Made by a program: the position numbers and the translations under genes. From Patescibacteria group bacterium (GTDB lineage: Bacteria > Patescibacteriota > Minisyncoccia > Phycocordibacterales > Phycocordibacteraceae), in the NCBI GenBank assembly GCA_013815345.1, contig JACDGK010000002.1, forward strand, positions 99,399-163,398: 64,000 nucleotides of DNA, given 5' to 3'. The notes under the pieces are model-generated. The model was not told the DNA's origin. It did not search any database and saw only the letters and a program-made list of their open reading frames with translations. This document shows, one piece after another, positions 9,054 through 21,408 of the stretch. Every line of letters begins with the position of its first letter. Within the stretch, counting starts at the first letter, position 1.

Positions 9054-10145
9054 CTAGGCGATTGCGTAGGTGCCATTCTTTAGACGACGGAAGTAACGAG
9101 GATCGTTAAGATTTACGAGGATCGTATTGTCTTTTACGTAGCGAACTTTTTTAACGGCCTCGATCACTTGCTCTCGGCTAAGTGGCTTTTTCTTCAGAAC
9201 ATCTTTAATGACGTCACGAACTACTCCAGGGCTATAGCCCCACTCAGCAAGCGCGTAAAGGCCTCTTCCCACCAGTACGAATCGTGCATCCTTGATAAGC
9301 TCATTATGAGTAGTTGCAACGTGTGCTTCTTTTGCAAAAAGTGTCCCAATCGTCTGAGCAACATCGGAAAAGTGCATCGGTTTGCCCGAACGCTTAATTA
9401 CCAAATAAGCGTAGTCTCGAATTCCTTTCGTACGAATAGCCGGAGAAGCCGCGCGACCCCATTCAGCAAGAGGGTTTGCTCCAATGTGTTTCGAGAGTGA
9501 AAGCCATCGTTTTAAAATTTCCTCATTTTTGTAGGCATCATTGATACCTCGTAACTCTTCGATGAATCGATCGAGCATTTCACCTTCGGAAAGGACTTCC
9601 GCATCTGAAAGTCCTGCATACAGACTTGAAAGAGCTGTGTGCACCTTTTTCGCTGTGGGCTGATCAACATGCCAGCGTGCATAAAATTCATCGGTCTCTC
9701 TCTCTCGGAAGAACGCGCTGCCAACCACCAGGAGAAAACGATAACGGTTGCGGGTCTTTTCATCAGAAGCAAGTCCCTCAAGCAGAATTTCTTCAGGGAC
9801 GATGCCACCCATGACTTTAATATGAGAAGCGAGTTCGTCAAAGGCTCCAGCAGCGTCGGTAAATGCTTTTGAGTTACGAATAGCGTCGATACCCGCAGCC
9901 TCTATCTGCCGAACGCGTTCACGGGTTATACCCCACCGTTCTCCGATGGCTTCGAGGGTTTCGCGTTCGCTTGATGTACCGAGCCCAAAACGGTAGGTAA
10001 GGACTTCTCGGGCGCGTTCCGGCACTTCGGCAAGAAGACGCTTTACGGTAGTCGCTGAATCAAACGTGAAAACGGCCTTTTTCTTAGAGCTCGTTTTTGT
10101 GGCTCCTATGCTGGTTTTGTTGACTTTTTTGGATATATTCGACAT
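9054..10145 (-). CDS. sigma-70 region 4-like HTH domain protein with uncharacterised about 260-aa C-terminal domain
   Basis: PERAREVLTYRFGLGTSSERETLEAIGERWGITRERVRQIEAAGIDAIRN matches the sigma70_r4 pattern (L.eReR.Vl..RfGl....TLeEiG...gvTRERiRQIE). No regions 2/3, so not a complete sigma factor. Confidence 0.5.
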   Translation of the reverse strand: MSNISKKVNKTSIGATKTSSKKKAVFTFDSATTVKRLLAEVPERAREVLTYRFGLGTSSERETLEAIGERWGITRERVRQIEAAGIDAIRNSKAFTDAAGAFDELASHIKVMGGIVPEEILLEGLASDEKTRNRYRFLLVVGSAFFRERETDEFYARWHVDQPTAKKVHTALSSLYAGLSDAEVLSEGEMLDRFIEELRGINDAYKNEEILKRWLSLSKHIGANPLAEWGRAASPAIRTKGIRDYAYLVIKRSGKPMHFSDVAQTIGTLFAKEAHVATTHNELIKDARFVLVGRGLYALAEWGYSPGVVRDVIKDVLKKKPLSREQVIEAVKKVRYVKDNTILVNLNDPRYFRRLKNGTYAIA

Positions 10146-10226
10146 AAATGTATACCATTACTTATACTAGAATACTCAATGATAGTCAAATTATGACACA
10201 TACTGAACTTTTCTGTACGAGCCTAT

Positions 10227-12662
10227 TTACTCCTCTACAACAAGATTGAGGATCTTTCCAGAGACGTACACTATTCTTTTAAGAGTACCCTTTTCAAGAT
10301 ACGTTTGAATGGCGGGAATTAGCTTTGCGGCAGCGAGTGCTTCCTCTTCGCTTGTGTCCGAAGCAATGTGAATTTCTCCGCGACGCTTTCCATTGACCTG
10401 AACGATCACTCTGCTCTTCTCTTCAGAATCTCCTTGGTACTGGGAAATAGGCCATAACTCCGCGTGAATACTCGAGAGTACATTTTTATCGAATCCGTTC
10501 ATTTCTTCGAAGAGATGCTCAGCAAGATGGGGTGCAAATGGCGCAAGAAGCTTCAAAAAATCATGGAATGCGTTTTGTGAGATTTCAGGCAGTTTTTCAA
10601 ACTCGTTAATAAGTATCATCAATGCTGAAATAGCCGTATTGAATTTAAAACGTTCTGTATCACTACTTACCTTCTCAATTGCTCGCGAAAGTGCTCGAGC
10701 AAGTTCTTTCGAGGTATCTATTGTAGTTACTTTTTTTGAAACAGTCACAATCCGATCAAGAAATCGACGCATCGCCTCTACACCGCTCAAATTCCAAGGG
10801 TAGCTCCCGACTTCGTTATAGGGACCGATGAAGGCGAGGTACATGCGAACTGCATCAGCACCATATTTTTGTACGAATTCATCAGGGTTAATGACATTTC
10901 CTTTCGACTTCGACATTTTTGCGCCGTCGGTTCCTAAAATGAGACCCCGATTGAAACGTTCTTCAAAAGGTTCACTCGTGGGCACAAGCGACAGATCATG
11001 GAGTGCTTTGTAGAAGAAGCGTGCATAGAGAAGGTGAACAGTCGTGTGTTCGCTGCCTCCTGAATACCTGTCGACCGGCAGCCAATACTTCATGAGTTTC
11101 TGATTTGAGAACTCATCCGCACCGTGAGGGTTTAAATAGCGTAAAAAATACCACGAAGAATCAACAAATACATCTAGGGTGTCGTATTCTGGAGTCCATC
11201 CCTGGCCAAAAATGCGCTCCACACGTTCGTGCAATTCCTTTGAACTGGCAAGTGGCGACTTTCCTGTGGGGGTAAGGTCCACATCAGTTGGAAGAAGCCA
11301 CGGTAGGTGTTCTGCAGGTACGAGATGTGCTTTTCCATCAAGGTCATACACGATGGGAATCGGACATCCCCAATATCGCTGCCGCGACACTAGCCAATCA
11401 CGGAGGCGGTAGTTAGTTATCCATTCCCCTCCAATCGTCGTGACAATATCATTCATAGCTTCTCGGTTGTCACGATCCGTAAATTCTCCGGAATTAGTAA
11501 GAATGCCGTTATCGGTATATGCAAACGCGCTATCCGTTAGTAGTGGATCTGGAGATTCTATGACAGACACTATCGGCAAATCGAATCTTTTTGCGAAGTC
11601 GAAATCTCGTTCGTCATGAGCGGGAACCGCCATGACGGCTCCTGTTCCATAGGTTGCAATAACGTAGTCAGCGATATACACGGGAATCTCTTGCTTCGTG
11701 GCAGGATTAACTGCGCTGATTCCTTGAAGTCTCACGCCTGTTTTTTCTTTATTCTCAGAACGTTCGCGTTCAGTCTTTCGTGCCGTTGTATGACGATAGT
11801 TTTCGATCTCTTCTTTATTTGAGGCAAGCGGCATAAGAGCATCCACCAAAGGATGCTCAGGAGCGATCACAATGTAGGTGGCACCGAAAATGGTATCTGG
11901 TCGAGTGGTAAAGACTTCGACAATACCCGCATCGTCATTCACGGCGGCACGCACGTCAAAAAATATTTTTGCTCCTTCTGATTCTCCTATCCATGCTTTT
12001 TGAGCATCTTTTATCTCCTGTCGCCATGGAAGTGGATCCAGATCAGTAAGCAACCGTTTTGCGTACTGTGTAATTTTCAAAAACCACTGGGTAAGGTTTC
12101 TCTCTTCAACCTCCGTGCCGCAACGTTCACATTTGCCGTCGATCACCTGTTCATTTGCGAGCACCGTTTGATCTTTTGGGCACCATTTCACTGCAGCAAG
12201 ACGGCGTTCGGCGAGGCCATGTTCAAAGAGTTTCGAAAAAAGCCACTGCGTCCATTTATAATACTCAGGATCGCTTGTCACAACTTCTTTTGTCCAATCA
12301 AATGATGCACCCATCTGTTTTATTTGGGTGCGCATCGTATCCATATTCTGATACGTCCATTCTTTGGGATCGAGTCCTCGCTTGATCGCAGCGTTTTCAG
12401 CAGGAAGCCCAAATGCGTCAAATCCAAATGGATAGAGAACATTCTTTCCTTGCATTCTTTTAAAACGAGCAAAAATGTCGGTCAATGCAAATGCATACCA
12501 GTGACCCGTGTGAAGGTCGCCTGAGGGATATGGGTATTCAATGAGCAGATAATACGGATCTTTAGTGGTGTCGCTAAGATCAGTCTCATAGAGATGGAGC
12601 TCATCCCATTTTTCTTGCGCGACTTTCTCTATTTTCTTATGATCATAGGTTTCCTTTGGCAT
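10227..12662 (-). CDS. leuS: leucine--tRNA ligase
   Basis: 811 aa; HTGHWYAFAL (HIGH) and KMSKSKGN (KMSKS); CP1 editing-domain length. Confidence 0.95.
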   Translation of the reverse strand: MPKETYDHKKIEKVAQEKWDELHLYETDLSDTTKDPYYLLIEYPYPSGDLHTGHWYAFALTDIFARFKRMQGKNVLYPFGFDAFGLPAENAAIKRGLDPKEWTYQNMDTMRTQIKQMGASFDWTKEVVTSDPEYYKWTQWLFSKLFEHGLAERRLAAVKWCPKDQTVLANEQVIDGKCERCGTEVEERNLTQWFLKITQYAKRLLTDLDPLPWRQEIKDAQKAWIGESEGAKIFFDVRAAVNDDAGIVEVFTTRPDTIFGATYIVIAPEHPLVDALMPLASNKEEIENYRHTTARKTERERSENKEKTGVRLQGISAVNPATKQEIPVYIADYVIATYGTGAVMAVPAHDERDFDFAKRFDLPIVSVIESPDPLLTDSAFAYTDNGILTNSGEFTDRDNREAMNDIVTTIGGEWITNYRLRDWLVSRQRYWGCPIPIVYDLDGKAHLVPAEHLPWLLPTDVDLTPTGKSPLASSKELHERVERIFGQGWTPEYDTLDVFVDSSWYFLRYLNPHGADEFSNQKLMKYWLPVDRYSGGSEHTTVHLLYARFFYKALHDLSLVPTSEPFEERFNRGLILGTDGAKMSKSKGNVINPDEFVQKYGADAVRMYLAFIGPYNEVGSYPWNLSGVEAMRRFLDRIVTVSKKVTTIDTSKELARALSRAIEKVSSDTERFKFNTAISALMILINEFEKLPEISQNAFHDFLKLLAPFAPHLAEHLFEEMNGFDKNVLSSIHAELWPISQYQGDSEEKSRVIVQVNGKRRGEIHIASDTSEEEALAAAKLIPAIQTYLEKGTLKRIVYVSGKILNLVVEE

Positions 12663-12694
12663 ATACTATGTCCAACGTTTAGAAACGTATGACG

Positions 12695-13279
12695 TTAATC
12701 GCGAAAACGTTTGTAGCCTATGTAGAGAAGTACCACCAGGGCGATAAAGGAGATGCCGAGACGAAGCCAGTTCCCTGCCTCGCTCCAATACTGAGCTGAT
12801 CCGATAACCATAGCGAGCACTCCTCCGTACGAGAGCCCACCCGAGACAATAGAAGAACCTATCGGAAATACACCGATGATAAGCGAAAGGACACCGAATC
12901 CTACGAGTACGCCGAAGGTTTTAAGCTGATGATCCTGTTGCGCCGTCTGAAATGGTTTTTGACACTTGGTATACAGATCGCAATATCCATCTGGTGTTTT
13001 CGGGACCGTAACGTTTTGGGCTCCAACAGGATCAACTGGTGGTGCAGGGCTCCACGTCCCTCCTTCCGTAATACAGCTGTCCTGGCTCAGGGGAGCAGGA
13101 GCATTCCCTGATCGGCAGAAATCTTCATATTTCGGTGCCGGAAAAATAAGTGAATTTACGACAAAAAAGAAAATATTAAGGGCGATGACGATTCCAAGCA
13201 TCACTGCCCATCGCACAAATCGAGGCCCTTTGTTAAGTATTTTCGTTTTTTCGTCGGTATAAGTCGAGATGTGTTCCAT
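12695..13279 (-). CDS. hypothetical membrane protein
   Basis: 194 aa, N- and C-terminal hydrophobic helices, Cys-containing central region; no motif recognised. Confidence 0.4.
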   Translation of the reverse strand: MEHISTYTDEKTKILNKGPRFVRWAVMLGIVIALNIFFFVVNSLIFPAPKYEDFCRSGNAPAPLSQDSCITEGGTWSPAPPVDPVGAQNVTVPKTPDGYCDLYTKCQKPFQTAQQDHQLKTFGVLVGFGVLSLIIGVFPIGSSIVSGGLSYGGVLAMVIGSAQYWSEAGNWLRLGISFIALVVLLYIGYKRFRD

Positions 13280-13333
13280 GGAAATATAGTATACCCCACA
13301 TTCAAACTCGCTAGCTCACGCACGCTACCAGCG

Positions 13334-14431
13334 TTAACTATGCAAAAAGACCATGACATCACCATCGGAAACGGTATAGGTCTTTCCTTCTGTTCGAATA
13401 TCGCCTTTGTCGCGTGCAGCACTCCAGCTTCCATCAGTAAGGAGGGTATCCCACCCAATGACTTCAGCGCGAATAAATTTATCTTTGAAATCCGTATGAA
13501 TTGCGGCTCCCGCTTCCGGAGCGGAAGCATTCATTGGCACAGTCCATGCGCGTGATTCTTTTGGGCCGGTCGTGAAGAAGGTGATGAGTCCCAGTGTTTC
13601 GTACGCACCTCGAATAAGTTCGGTGAGACCATTAATCTGTAAACCTAGCTCTTGTCGGAATATCTCCTGATCGCTTTCGGCGACTTCATTGAGGTCCCGT
13701 TCTGTTGCCGCATCCACGTGTACATAGCTTGAATCCAAAGCGTGCACAAGTTCATACGCCTCCTGTGAACGTCCATCATTTATCTCGTGAAGGTTCAGAC
13801 CTCCCGCCTTGCCATTGAAGGCATACAGTATTGGCTTCAGAGTGAGGAGACTCAGTGATTTTATAAGTTTTAAATCCTCGGGAGTCAGTGCAACACTTCG
13901 AGCAAGTTTTCCGAGGCCGAGGGTTTCTTCGATCTTACCAAGTATCGCGTCTTCAACGATTGCTTCCTTTACGGCTGCTCGTATATCACGTACGAGTCGT
14001 TCACGCCTTCCTGAAACAGTTTGCTGATCTGCAAGAATAAGCTCTAGATTTATAACTTCAATATCATTGATAGGACGTACATCGCCATGTACATGGATCA
14101 CGTCAGAATCATCGAAGAATCGAACAACTTCAAGAATCGCGTCGACTTCCCGAATGTGCGTAAGGAATTGATTTCCTAAACCTTCCCCTTCCGATGCACC
14201 TTTTACCAGACCTGCAATATCAACAAACTCGATAGCGGCTGGAATAGTTTTTTCTGATTTCGAAAGCTCAGCAAGCTGCGTAAGTCGATTATCGGGCACG
14301 CCAACGACACCGACCGAAGGATCAATCGTACAAAAAGGATAATTCTCTGCCGGCACGTTTTGCTTTGTGAGTGCATTAAAAAGCGTCGATTTGCCGACGT
14401 TTGGGAGACCCACAATACCTATCTTCAACAT
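13334..14431 (-). CDS. ychF: ribosome-binding ATPase YchF (Obg-family GTPase)
   Basis: MLKIGIVGLPNVGKSTLFNALT G1 motif, DIAGLVKGAS, C-terminal TGS-like domain; 365 aa. Confidence 0.9.
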   Translation of the reverse strand: MLKIGIVGLPNVGKSTLFNALTKQNVPAENYPFCTIDPSVGVVGVPDNRLTQLAELSKSEKTIPAAIEFVDIAGLVKGASEGEGLGNQFLTHIREVDAILEVVRFFDDSDVIHVHGDVRPINDIEVINLELILADQQTVSGRRERLVRDIRAAVKEAIVEDAILGKIEETLGLGKLARSVALTPEDLKLIKSLSLLTLKPILYAFNGKAGGLNLHEINDGRSQEAYELVHALDSSYVHVDAATERDLNEVAESDQEIFRQELGLQINGLTELIRGAYETLGLITFFTTGPKESRAWTVPMNASAPEAGAAIHTDFKDKFIRAEVIGWDTLLTDGSWSAARDKGDIRTEGKTYTVSDGDVMVFLHS

Positions 14432-14543
14432 CCACTTACCCTAACGGCAAACGTCCCAAAACGCAAAATTATTTATACCCAAAGAAAAACACCCTTCTCA
14501 GAGACTGCTCAATGTTTATACATAATTGCCGGCGAGCTAACAA

Positions 14544-15113
14544 TTAGATTCCCTTTCGAGCGAGGTTTGCAATATTTTTCTCCCACTTCGTAAGAAGCGC
14601 TGGCGTGGCGTTTTCCGAATGACCGATCTCAGTAAGATGCACTTTGAATCCTGCGAAACCCAGCAGTGCACGGCTTATTTCATTAGTAAAATTACCAAAA
14701 AGAGATCGTATAAGAATGGGCCAGTTCTTGGAAAGAATAATAACGCGTGCTGTGCGGCCCTTAAGTAGCTTGTCCCAGCCCATTTTGTTTTTATGCATAT
14801 GAAAAGCAAAACCGGGAAGAAACATCCGATCCCACATGCCTTTGAGAAGCGCAGGCATAGATGACCACCAAAGTGGATAGAGAAGGACGAAATGTTCACA
14901 CCACTTCATGTTCTCTTGCACCAGCTTGAGGTCTGGCTCAAGCTCCTGAATCATTTTGTAGCCTTTGTGAAGGATTGGATCAAAATGCAGGTCTCCAAGG
15001 TTTAGTCGTTTTATTTCGTGGCCAGCTTTTCGTGCCTCTCTTTCATACACGTCAGCGAAGTCGCCCGCAAGCGAGTGCGTATCAGGATTGCCGAGAAGGA
15101 TAAATATTCGCAT
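14544..15113 (-). CDS. NAD(P)H-dependent oxidoreductase, flavodoxin-like fold (Flavodoxin_2 / NQO1-MdaB-like)
   Basis: MRIFILLGNPDTHSLAGDF...LLYPLWWSSMPALLKGMWDRMF typical of the NAD(P)H dehydrogenase (quinone) family. Confidence 0.65.
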   Translation of the reverse strand: MRIFILLGNPDTHSLAGDFADVYEREARKAGHEIKRLNLGDLHFDPILHKGYKMIQELEPDLKLVQENMKWCEHFVLLYPLWWSSMPALLKGMWDRMFLPGFAFHMHKNKMGWDKLLKGRTARVIILSKNWPILIRSLFGNFTNEISRALLGFAGFKVHLTEIGHSENATPALLTKWEKNIANLARKGI

Positions 15114-15126
15114 AGAAATGTATTAA

Positions 15127-15636
15127 TTAATGAGATATCTGTGCACGCATGACTACGCGGAGGTAGCCGAGCATGCCTGCAACTACAAACGTCATAAATA
15201 AATACGCTACGAGCAGTACCAGATAGCCGTAGGAATTGAGAAAGCCCAGATCGATAAGAAGAATCATCCACCACGCAACCAAAATCGCAACCGATCCGAA
15301 CCACCAAGCTACGAAGTCTTTCGAGAGAAGATTTGCAAAAATAATAATAAGGAGCGTTAACGTCTGCAGCGCCCAGAATGGTGCCGTGAGTACGGCTTGA
15401 GACGCATTTGGCACTAGATATTCCAATACCATGAGAGCGCTACCTGAAATGATGATGAGAAGGATTCCAAGCGTAAGTCCTCGAAGCATTCGACGCAGAT
15501 ATTTCCTCTCGTGATGATCAATCCTACCGTCTGCCGCTGCTTTAGTATAAAAAACCTCTGCAAAGGTTATGCTGCCCGTTCCGATAAGTGCTCCAAGTGT
15601 GTGAACAGCTGCGAAAAATGAAATTAACGAAAACAT
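15127..15636 (-). CDS. hypothetical polytopic membrane protein
   Basis: 169 aa, 4-5 hydrophobic helices; no motif recognised. Confidence 0.4.
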   Translation of the reverse strand: MFSLISFFAAVHTLGALIGTGSITFAEVFYTKAAADGRIDHHERKYLRRMLRGLTLGILLIIISGSALMVLEYLVPNASQAVLTAPFWALQTLTLLIIIFANLLSKDFVAWWFGSVAILVAWWMILLIDLGFLNSYGYLVLLVAYLFMTFVVAGMLGYLRVVMRAQISH

Positions 15637-15650
15637 ACTATTCGTTTGTG

Positions 15651-15884
15651 TTATGTAGCGGTAAGTTCTGAAAGTTCCTTTCGGTATTTCTTCATTACCT
15701 CCATTGTTGCTTTCATCTGCGGTTCGCCGCCCTTTTTCACTCGTCGGTCTACTTCTTCCCCGATTTTTTTAAATAATTCCGGATCTTTCTTAACGAGATT
15801 CATGATTTGTTCCCGCTGCTCTTCGGGAACATCCTTCATTTTCCACTTCATTGCCTGATTCAAAAGAAAATCTTGAATTGCCAT
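15651..15884 (-). CDS. small hypothetical helical protein (77 aa)
   Basis: K/E-rich ORF immediately downstream of atpC in same orientation; no motif recognised. Confidence 0.3.
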   Translation of the reverse strand: MAIQDFLLNQAMKWKMKDVPEEQREQIMNLVKKDPELFKKIGEEVDRRVKKGGEPQMKATMEVMKKYRKELSELTAT

Positions 15885-15903
15885 ATATCTATCAGTATAT
15901 CAT

Positions 15904-16152
15904 TTAAAGAATAATGGTGGCTTGATTGTTGGAAATCTCAGCAATGCTATATGCAGGTATATGGATCGAGTGTTTTGTGCCTTGCGCATCTTCAATCTTT
16001 GCTTCGCCTTCGGCAAGCGGGGTTACAAATGCTTCATGATTTGCCATCACAGTAAAAATACCATCAGCTCCGGGAAGTGTGACGGATACCGCTTCCCCAT
16101 CGAAGATGTTCTGGCCGACTTGAGCGATAGTGAGGTGAAAAGTGTGGGCCAT
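15904..16152 (-). CDS. atpC: F-type ATP synthase epsilon subunit (short, beta-sandwich domain only)
   Basis: 82 aa; position after atpD; sequence LTIAQVGQNIFDGEAVSVTLPGADGIFTVMANHEAFVTPL resembles the epsilon N-terminal domain. Confidence 0.75.
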   Translation of the reverse strand: MAHTFHLTIAQVGQNIFDGEAVSVTLPGADGIFTVMANHEAFVTPLAEGEAKIEDAQGTKHSIHIPAYSIAEISNNQATIIL

Positions 16153-16206
16153 ACGTGGTAAGTAATTTTGAGCACGTTTGTGCGAGCAGAGTCTTCGAGA
16201 TGAGCT

Positions 16207-17607
<1,401 letters not shown>

Positions 17608-17616
17608 CTATTGCGT

Positions 17617-18525
17617 TTACACGGCCAGCGCCTCGCGGCCACTGATGATCTCCGACACCTCGCGGGTAATGGCTGCTTGGCGGACTTTGTTGTATTGGCG
17701 TGTAAGATCGCGAGTGACTTCTTTTGATTTATCAGAGGCAGCTTTCATCGCAACCATACGCGCTGAGTGCTCAGATGCTTTTGCCTCGAGCAACATGTAG
17801 TACAGCGAGACAGCAACCAAACGAGGAATAAGAATACCAAGTACTTCATCGGCTGATGGTTCGACGTCATACGATGTTGGGGACTCCAGCATCGGCTCAC
17901 TACTCCATTTTCCTTTCGCCGGACGAATATCGTGAACAAGTCCTGAGATGCTTTCAAGCGAAAGCGGAAGCAATGGCCGCACCGTGGGAATTTGTTCAAA
18001 GGTTGAGCGAAAGTTTGTATATACTGCAATAACCTCGTCATATTCTCCGGCAAGGAATCCGGTTGAAAGCTCTGTTGAGAGTTCCTGCATCACGGACAAA
18101 GGCACGTCATCGCGTTTGTTTTCAAAGGCCCTAATGATCGTATAGTTGCGGCGACTAAAATATTCCTCACCTTTGCGGCCATACGCATACACACTGATTG
18201 AGTTGGTCGCTCGATCACCCACGACACGTACTGCTGCCTTAATAACACCGCTGTTCAGACCTCCGGCAAGTCCTTTATCGCTCGTGATGAGTACCAATGC
18301 CGTTCTCTTCACTTCACGGGCCTGTGTTAGTGGGTGACGCGCAACTTCACTGCTTCCTGAAAGACGCGCGAGAATCGAAAGCGCAGCGCGCGCATATGCG
18401 CGACCATCAAAAGCCGCCTGTTGCGTCTTGCGCATTTTTACGGCAGATACGGCTTCCATGGCACGGGTCACTGTGTTCATGCGTTTGGTCGCGCCGATCT
18501 TTGCTTTGATATCTTTGAGTGCCAT
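17617..18525 (-). CDS. atpG: F-type ATP synthase gamma subunit
   Basis: 302 aa; MALKDIKAKIGATKRMNTVTRAMEAVSAVKMRK N-terminal helix and C-terminal ITREVSEIISG consensus. Confidence 0.9.
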   Translation of the reverse strand: MALKDIKAKIGATKRMNTVTRAMEAVSAVKMRKTQQAAFDGRAYARAALSILARLSGSSEVARHPLTQAREVKRTALVLITSDKGLAGGLNSGVIKAAVRVVGDRATNSISVYAYGRKGEEYFSRRNYTIIRAFENKRDDVPLSVMQELSTELSTGFLAGEYDEVIAVYTNFRSTFEQIPTVRPLLPLSLESISGLVHDIRPAKGKWSSEPMLESPTSYDVEPSADEVLGILIPRLVAVSLYYMLLEAKASEHSARMVAMKAASDKSKEVTRDLTRQYNKVRQAAITREVSEIISGREALAV

Positions 18526-18533
18526 GAGTTTCT

Positions 18534-20111
18534 TTATGCTTCCTTTTCAACAGGAGTTGCCCGCTCGGCAAAGGCGTCCAGCTTTGCTCGAAGAGCCTTG
18601 TCCGTGGCATCGCTGATCTCGCGACTATCACGAATGGCTTTAAGTTCTGCTTTTGCCTCGCGGGTAAGGAAATCTTGCAAACGAACTTCAGCGGCACTCG
18701 TTTCTGCGGCAGGGAATCCATCGAGAAATCCGTTCGTCGCTGCAAAGATCACGGCAGCTTCCATTTCAAAGGCAAGCGGCTTGCCTTGTGGCTGATTAAG
18801 AATCTGTGTCATACGCTGTCCTGCATCGATCTGCTTTTTAGTACCTTCATCGAGATCAGAAGCAAACTGCATGAACGCTTCAAGCTCTCGAAACTGTGCG
18901 AGCTCGAGCTTAATCTTTCCGGAAACTTTCTTCATGGCTTTTGTTTGTGCGGATGAGCCGACACGCGATACTGAGTTACCCACGTCGATAGCAGGACGCT
19001 GACCTTTGTTGAAAAGATTTGCAAGCAAGAAAACTTGTCCGTCGGTGATCGAAATAACGTTTGTGGGAATGTAGGCCGAGATATCACCTTCCTGGGTCTC
19101 AATGATCGGGAGCGCGGTGAGTGAACCACCTCCTTTTTCTTTTGAAAGTTTTGCGGCGCGCTCGAGAAGTCGTGAGTGCAAATAGAAAATGTCTCCCGGA
19201 TACGCTTCGCGCCCCGGCGGACGGCGAAGAAGGAGCGACATCTGACGATATGCCACTGCATGTTTTGAAAGATCGTCATAAATCACCAATGCATCTTTGC
19301 CTTGATCCATAAAATGCTCCCCTATCGTTGCACCCGCAAACGGAGCAAGGAATTGGAATGCCGCTGGACTTGAAGCGGGAGCGGTTACGACGATTGTATA
19401 GTCCATTGCACCGGCTTCGGCGAGGTCAGCAACGATGCGTGCAGTCTTTGATTCTTTCTGCCCAATAGCTACGTAGATACAAATAGGGCGAGTCGCCGGG
19501 TCTTCAGTCTTTTGGTTAAGGATCGTATCAATAGCGATAGTCGTTTTGCCGACACCACGATCCCCAATGATGAGCTCGCGCTGACCACGGCCGATCGGAA
19601 TGAGCGCGTCAAGCGCCTTGATACCGGTATGAATAGGCGTATTCACCGGCGCACGATCCATAACCCCGTATGCTTCGCGCTCAATCGGGGTGAGTTTGGT
19701 ACCTGAGCCGCTTGCACCAACGGCACCTTTTCCGTCCACTGGTTCGCCAAGCGCATTCACCACACGGCCGACGAGCCCATCACCCACTGGAATGGAAAGT
19801 AACCGACCAAGACGACGCACGCGCATACCTTCGTACACACGAGAGGCATCACCGAGGATCACCACCCGCACGCCGTCCTCTTCAAGGTTCAGCACGAGCC
19901 CGTAGATTTGCTCGGCGTCCTTGAGTGCCGATTCGAGAGTACGATCGAAGGTTGGATCAAACAGCACCATCTCGGCCATAACGGCGCCTTCAAGACCATC
20001 AATTTCAGCGATGCCATCACCAGTCGTGCGAACGACACCCGTTTCCTCTTCACGAGTGACGGACGTCATCGAGGCGATTTCCTGTTCGATCTTTTTGATA
20101 ATGCTTTCCAT
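18534..20111 (-). CDS. atpA: F-type ATP synthase alpha subunit
   Basis: [10 protein letters not shown]-loop, 525 aa, alpha-specific C-terminal region. Confidence 0.95.
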   Translation of the reverse strand: MESIIKKIEQEIASMTSVTREEETGVVRTTGDGIAEIDGLEGAVMAEMVLFDPTFDRTLESALKDAEQIYGLVLNLEEDGVRVVILGDASRVYEGMRVRRLGRLLSIPVGDGLVGRVVNALGEPVDGKGAVGASGSGTKLTPIEREAYGVMDRAPVNTPIHTGIKALDALIPIGRGQRELIIGDRGVGKTTIAIDTILNQKTEDPATRPICIYVAIGQKESKTARIVADLAEAGAMDYTIVVTAPASSPAAFQFLAPFAGATIGEHFMDQGKDALVIYDDLSKHAVAYRQMSLLLRRPPGREAYPGDIFYLHSRLLERAAKLSKEKGGGSLTALPIIETQEGDISAYIPTNVISITDGQVFLLANLFNKGQRPAIDVGNSVSRVGSSAQTKAMKKVSGKIKLELAQFRELEAFMQFASDLDEGTKKQIDAGQRMTQILNQPQGKPLAFEMEAAVIFAATNGFLDGFPAAETSAAEVRLQDFLTREAKAELKAIRDSREISDATDKALRAKLDAFAERATPVEKEA

Positions 20112-20138
20112 ACGAGATACAATGAGTAAATAAAATAA

Positions 20139-20510
20139 TTACGCGGTGGTGATACTGCGATAGAGCTCTATGAGTTCACGTTTTGCGGACGCATCGATAA
20201 GCATTCCTTGCCCGCTTGCCCGCCATCCTTTGATGAGCGATACATTTACGTGTGCCTTCTCTGCGTGAATGCCGCGGGCTACGGCTTCTTTGAGTGCTGT
20301 TGGTGCTTCTCTTTCATGGGCCACTTCAACTGAGGCTGCGAGTTTTGTATTGCGTGCATCAAGACGCTTTAGATCTGCAAGAATAGACGGAAGAAGTTTC
20401 AAGCGACCCTGCTCTTTAAGATGCTCAGTGAGATTCTTGACAAGTTTTTTTGCATCCGCGCCCTCTTGCTGTGAAGCCGTCCAAAGTGCCTGTGCGTATA
20501 GATTGGTCAT
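20139..20510 (-). CDS. atpH: F-type ATP synthase delta subunit (short form)
   Basis: 123-aa ORF between atpF and atpA; OSCP-like C-terminal half; assignment by position and weak similarity. Confidence 0.6.
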   Translation of the reverse strand: MTNLYAQALWTASQQEGADAKKLVKNLTEHLKEQGRLKLLPSILADLKRLDARNTKLAASVEVAHEREAPTALKEAVARGIHAEKAHVNVSLIKGWRASGQGMLIDASAKRELIELYRSITTA

Positions 20511-20516
20511 AGTACG

Positions 20517-20975
20517 TTAGGCGTGCTTCGAGTGCTCTTTCATCAACACTTTCTCTGCAGCAAGAATAGCAAGACGAGCTACTTCTTTTTCACTTTCCCG
20601 AAGTGACTTTGCTGCTGTTTCTTTTGCGCGAGCTTCCGCATCGACGGCTACACTTGCGGCTCGTGCTTCTGCTTCTTTTAAAATACGTACCCGTTCTGCA
20701 GTGGCCGTCTCGCGAGCGCCCGCAACGATGCCGTCTGCCTCGCCCTCTGCCTTCGTAACCAGCGTGGCAGCTTCAACGTCCGCTGTCGCAAGTTTCTCTG
20801 CTGCACGCTCAGCGTCAATGACCCCTTGAGCCACTTTCTTTTGGCGCGCATCGAGTGTCTTCATAACTGGCTTATACAGCAAGTACGTGAGTGCGACCAT
20901 GAGGATGCCGAAGTTTACCGCCTGCGCGAGAAGAAGCGAACCACTGATACCAAAAGCTGCGAGTAGTGCTTGCAT
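20517..20975 (-). CDS. atpF: F-type ATP synthase subunit b
   Basis: N-terminal TM helix followed by long Ala/Glu/Lys-rich coiled coil; position between atpE and atpH. Confidence 0.8.
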   Translation of the reverse strand: MQALLAAFGISGSLLLAQAVNFGILMVALTYLLYKPVMKTLDARQKKVAQGVIDAERAAEKLATADVEAATLVTKAEGEADGIVAGARETATAERVRILKEAEARAASVAVDAEARAKETAAKSLRESEKEVARLAILAAEKVLMKEHSKHA

Positions 20976-21019
20976 ACGTCAATTTAGAAAAAGTGTGGAT
21001 AAAAGCCTTCTAGAGGCTT

Positions 21020-21259
<240 letters not shown>

Positions 21260-21408
21260 TTAACACGTAATAATATCCGCAACTTTAGAGTATGTTCAAA
21301 ACTTTCCAGATGCAAGGCGCGGGAGAAAAATTTTCTGAGGTGTACGAGTAGTACAGTAAAGAAAATTTTTTGAACCGCAACGTAGCAAATGGGAAGTTTG
21401 GGATATAC

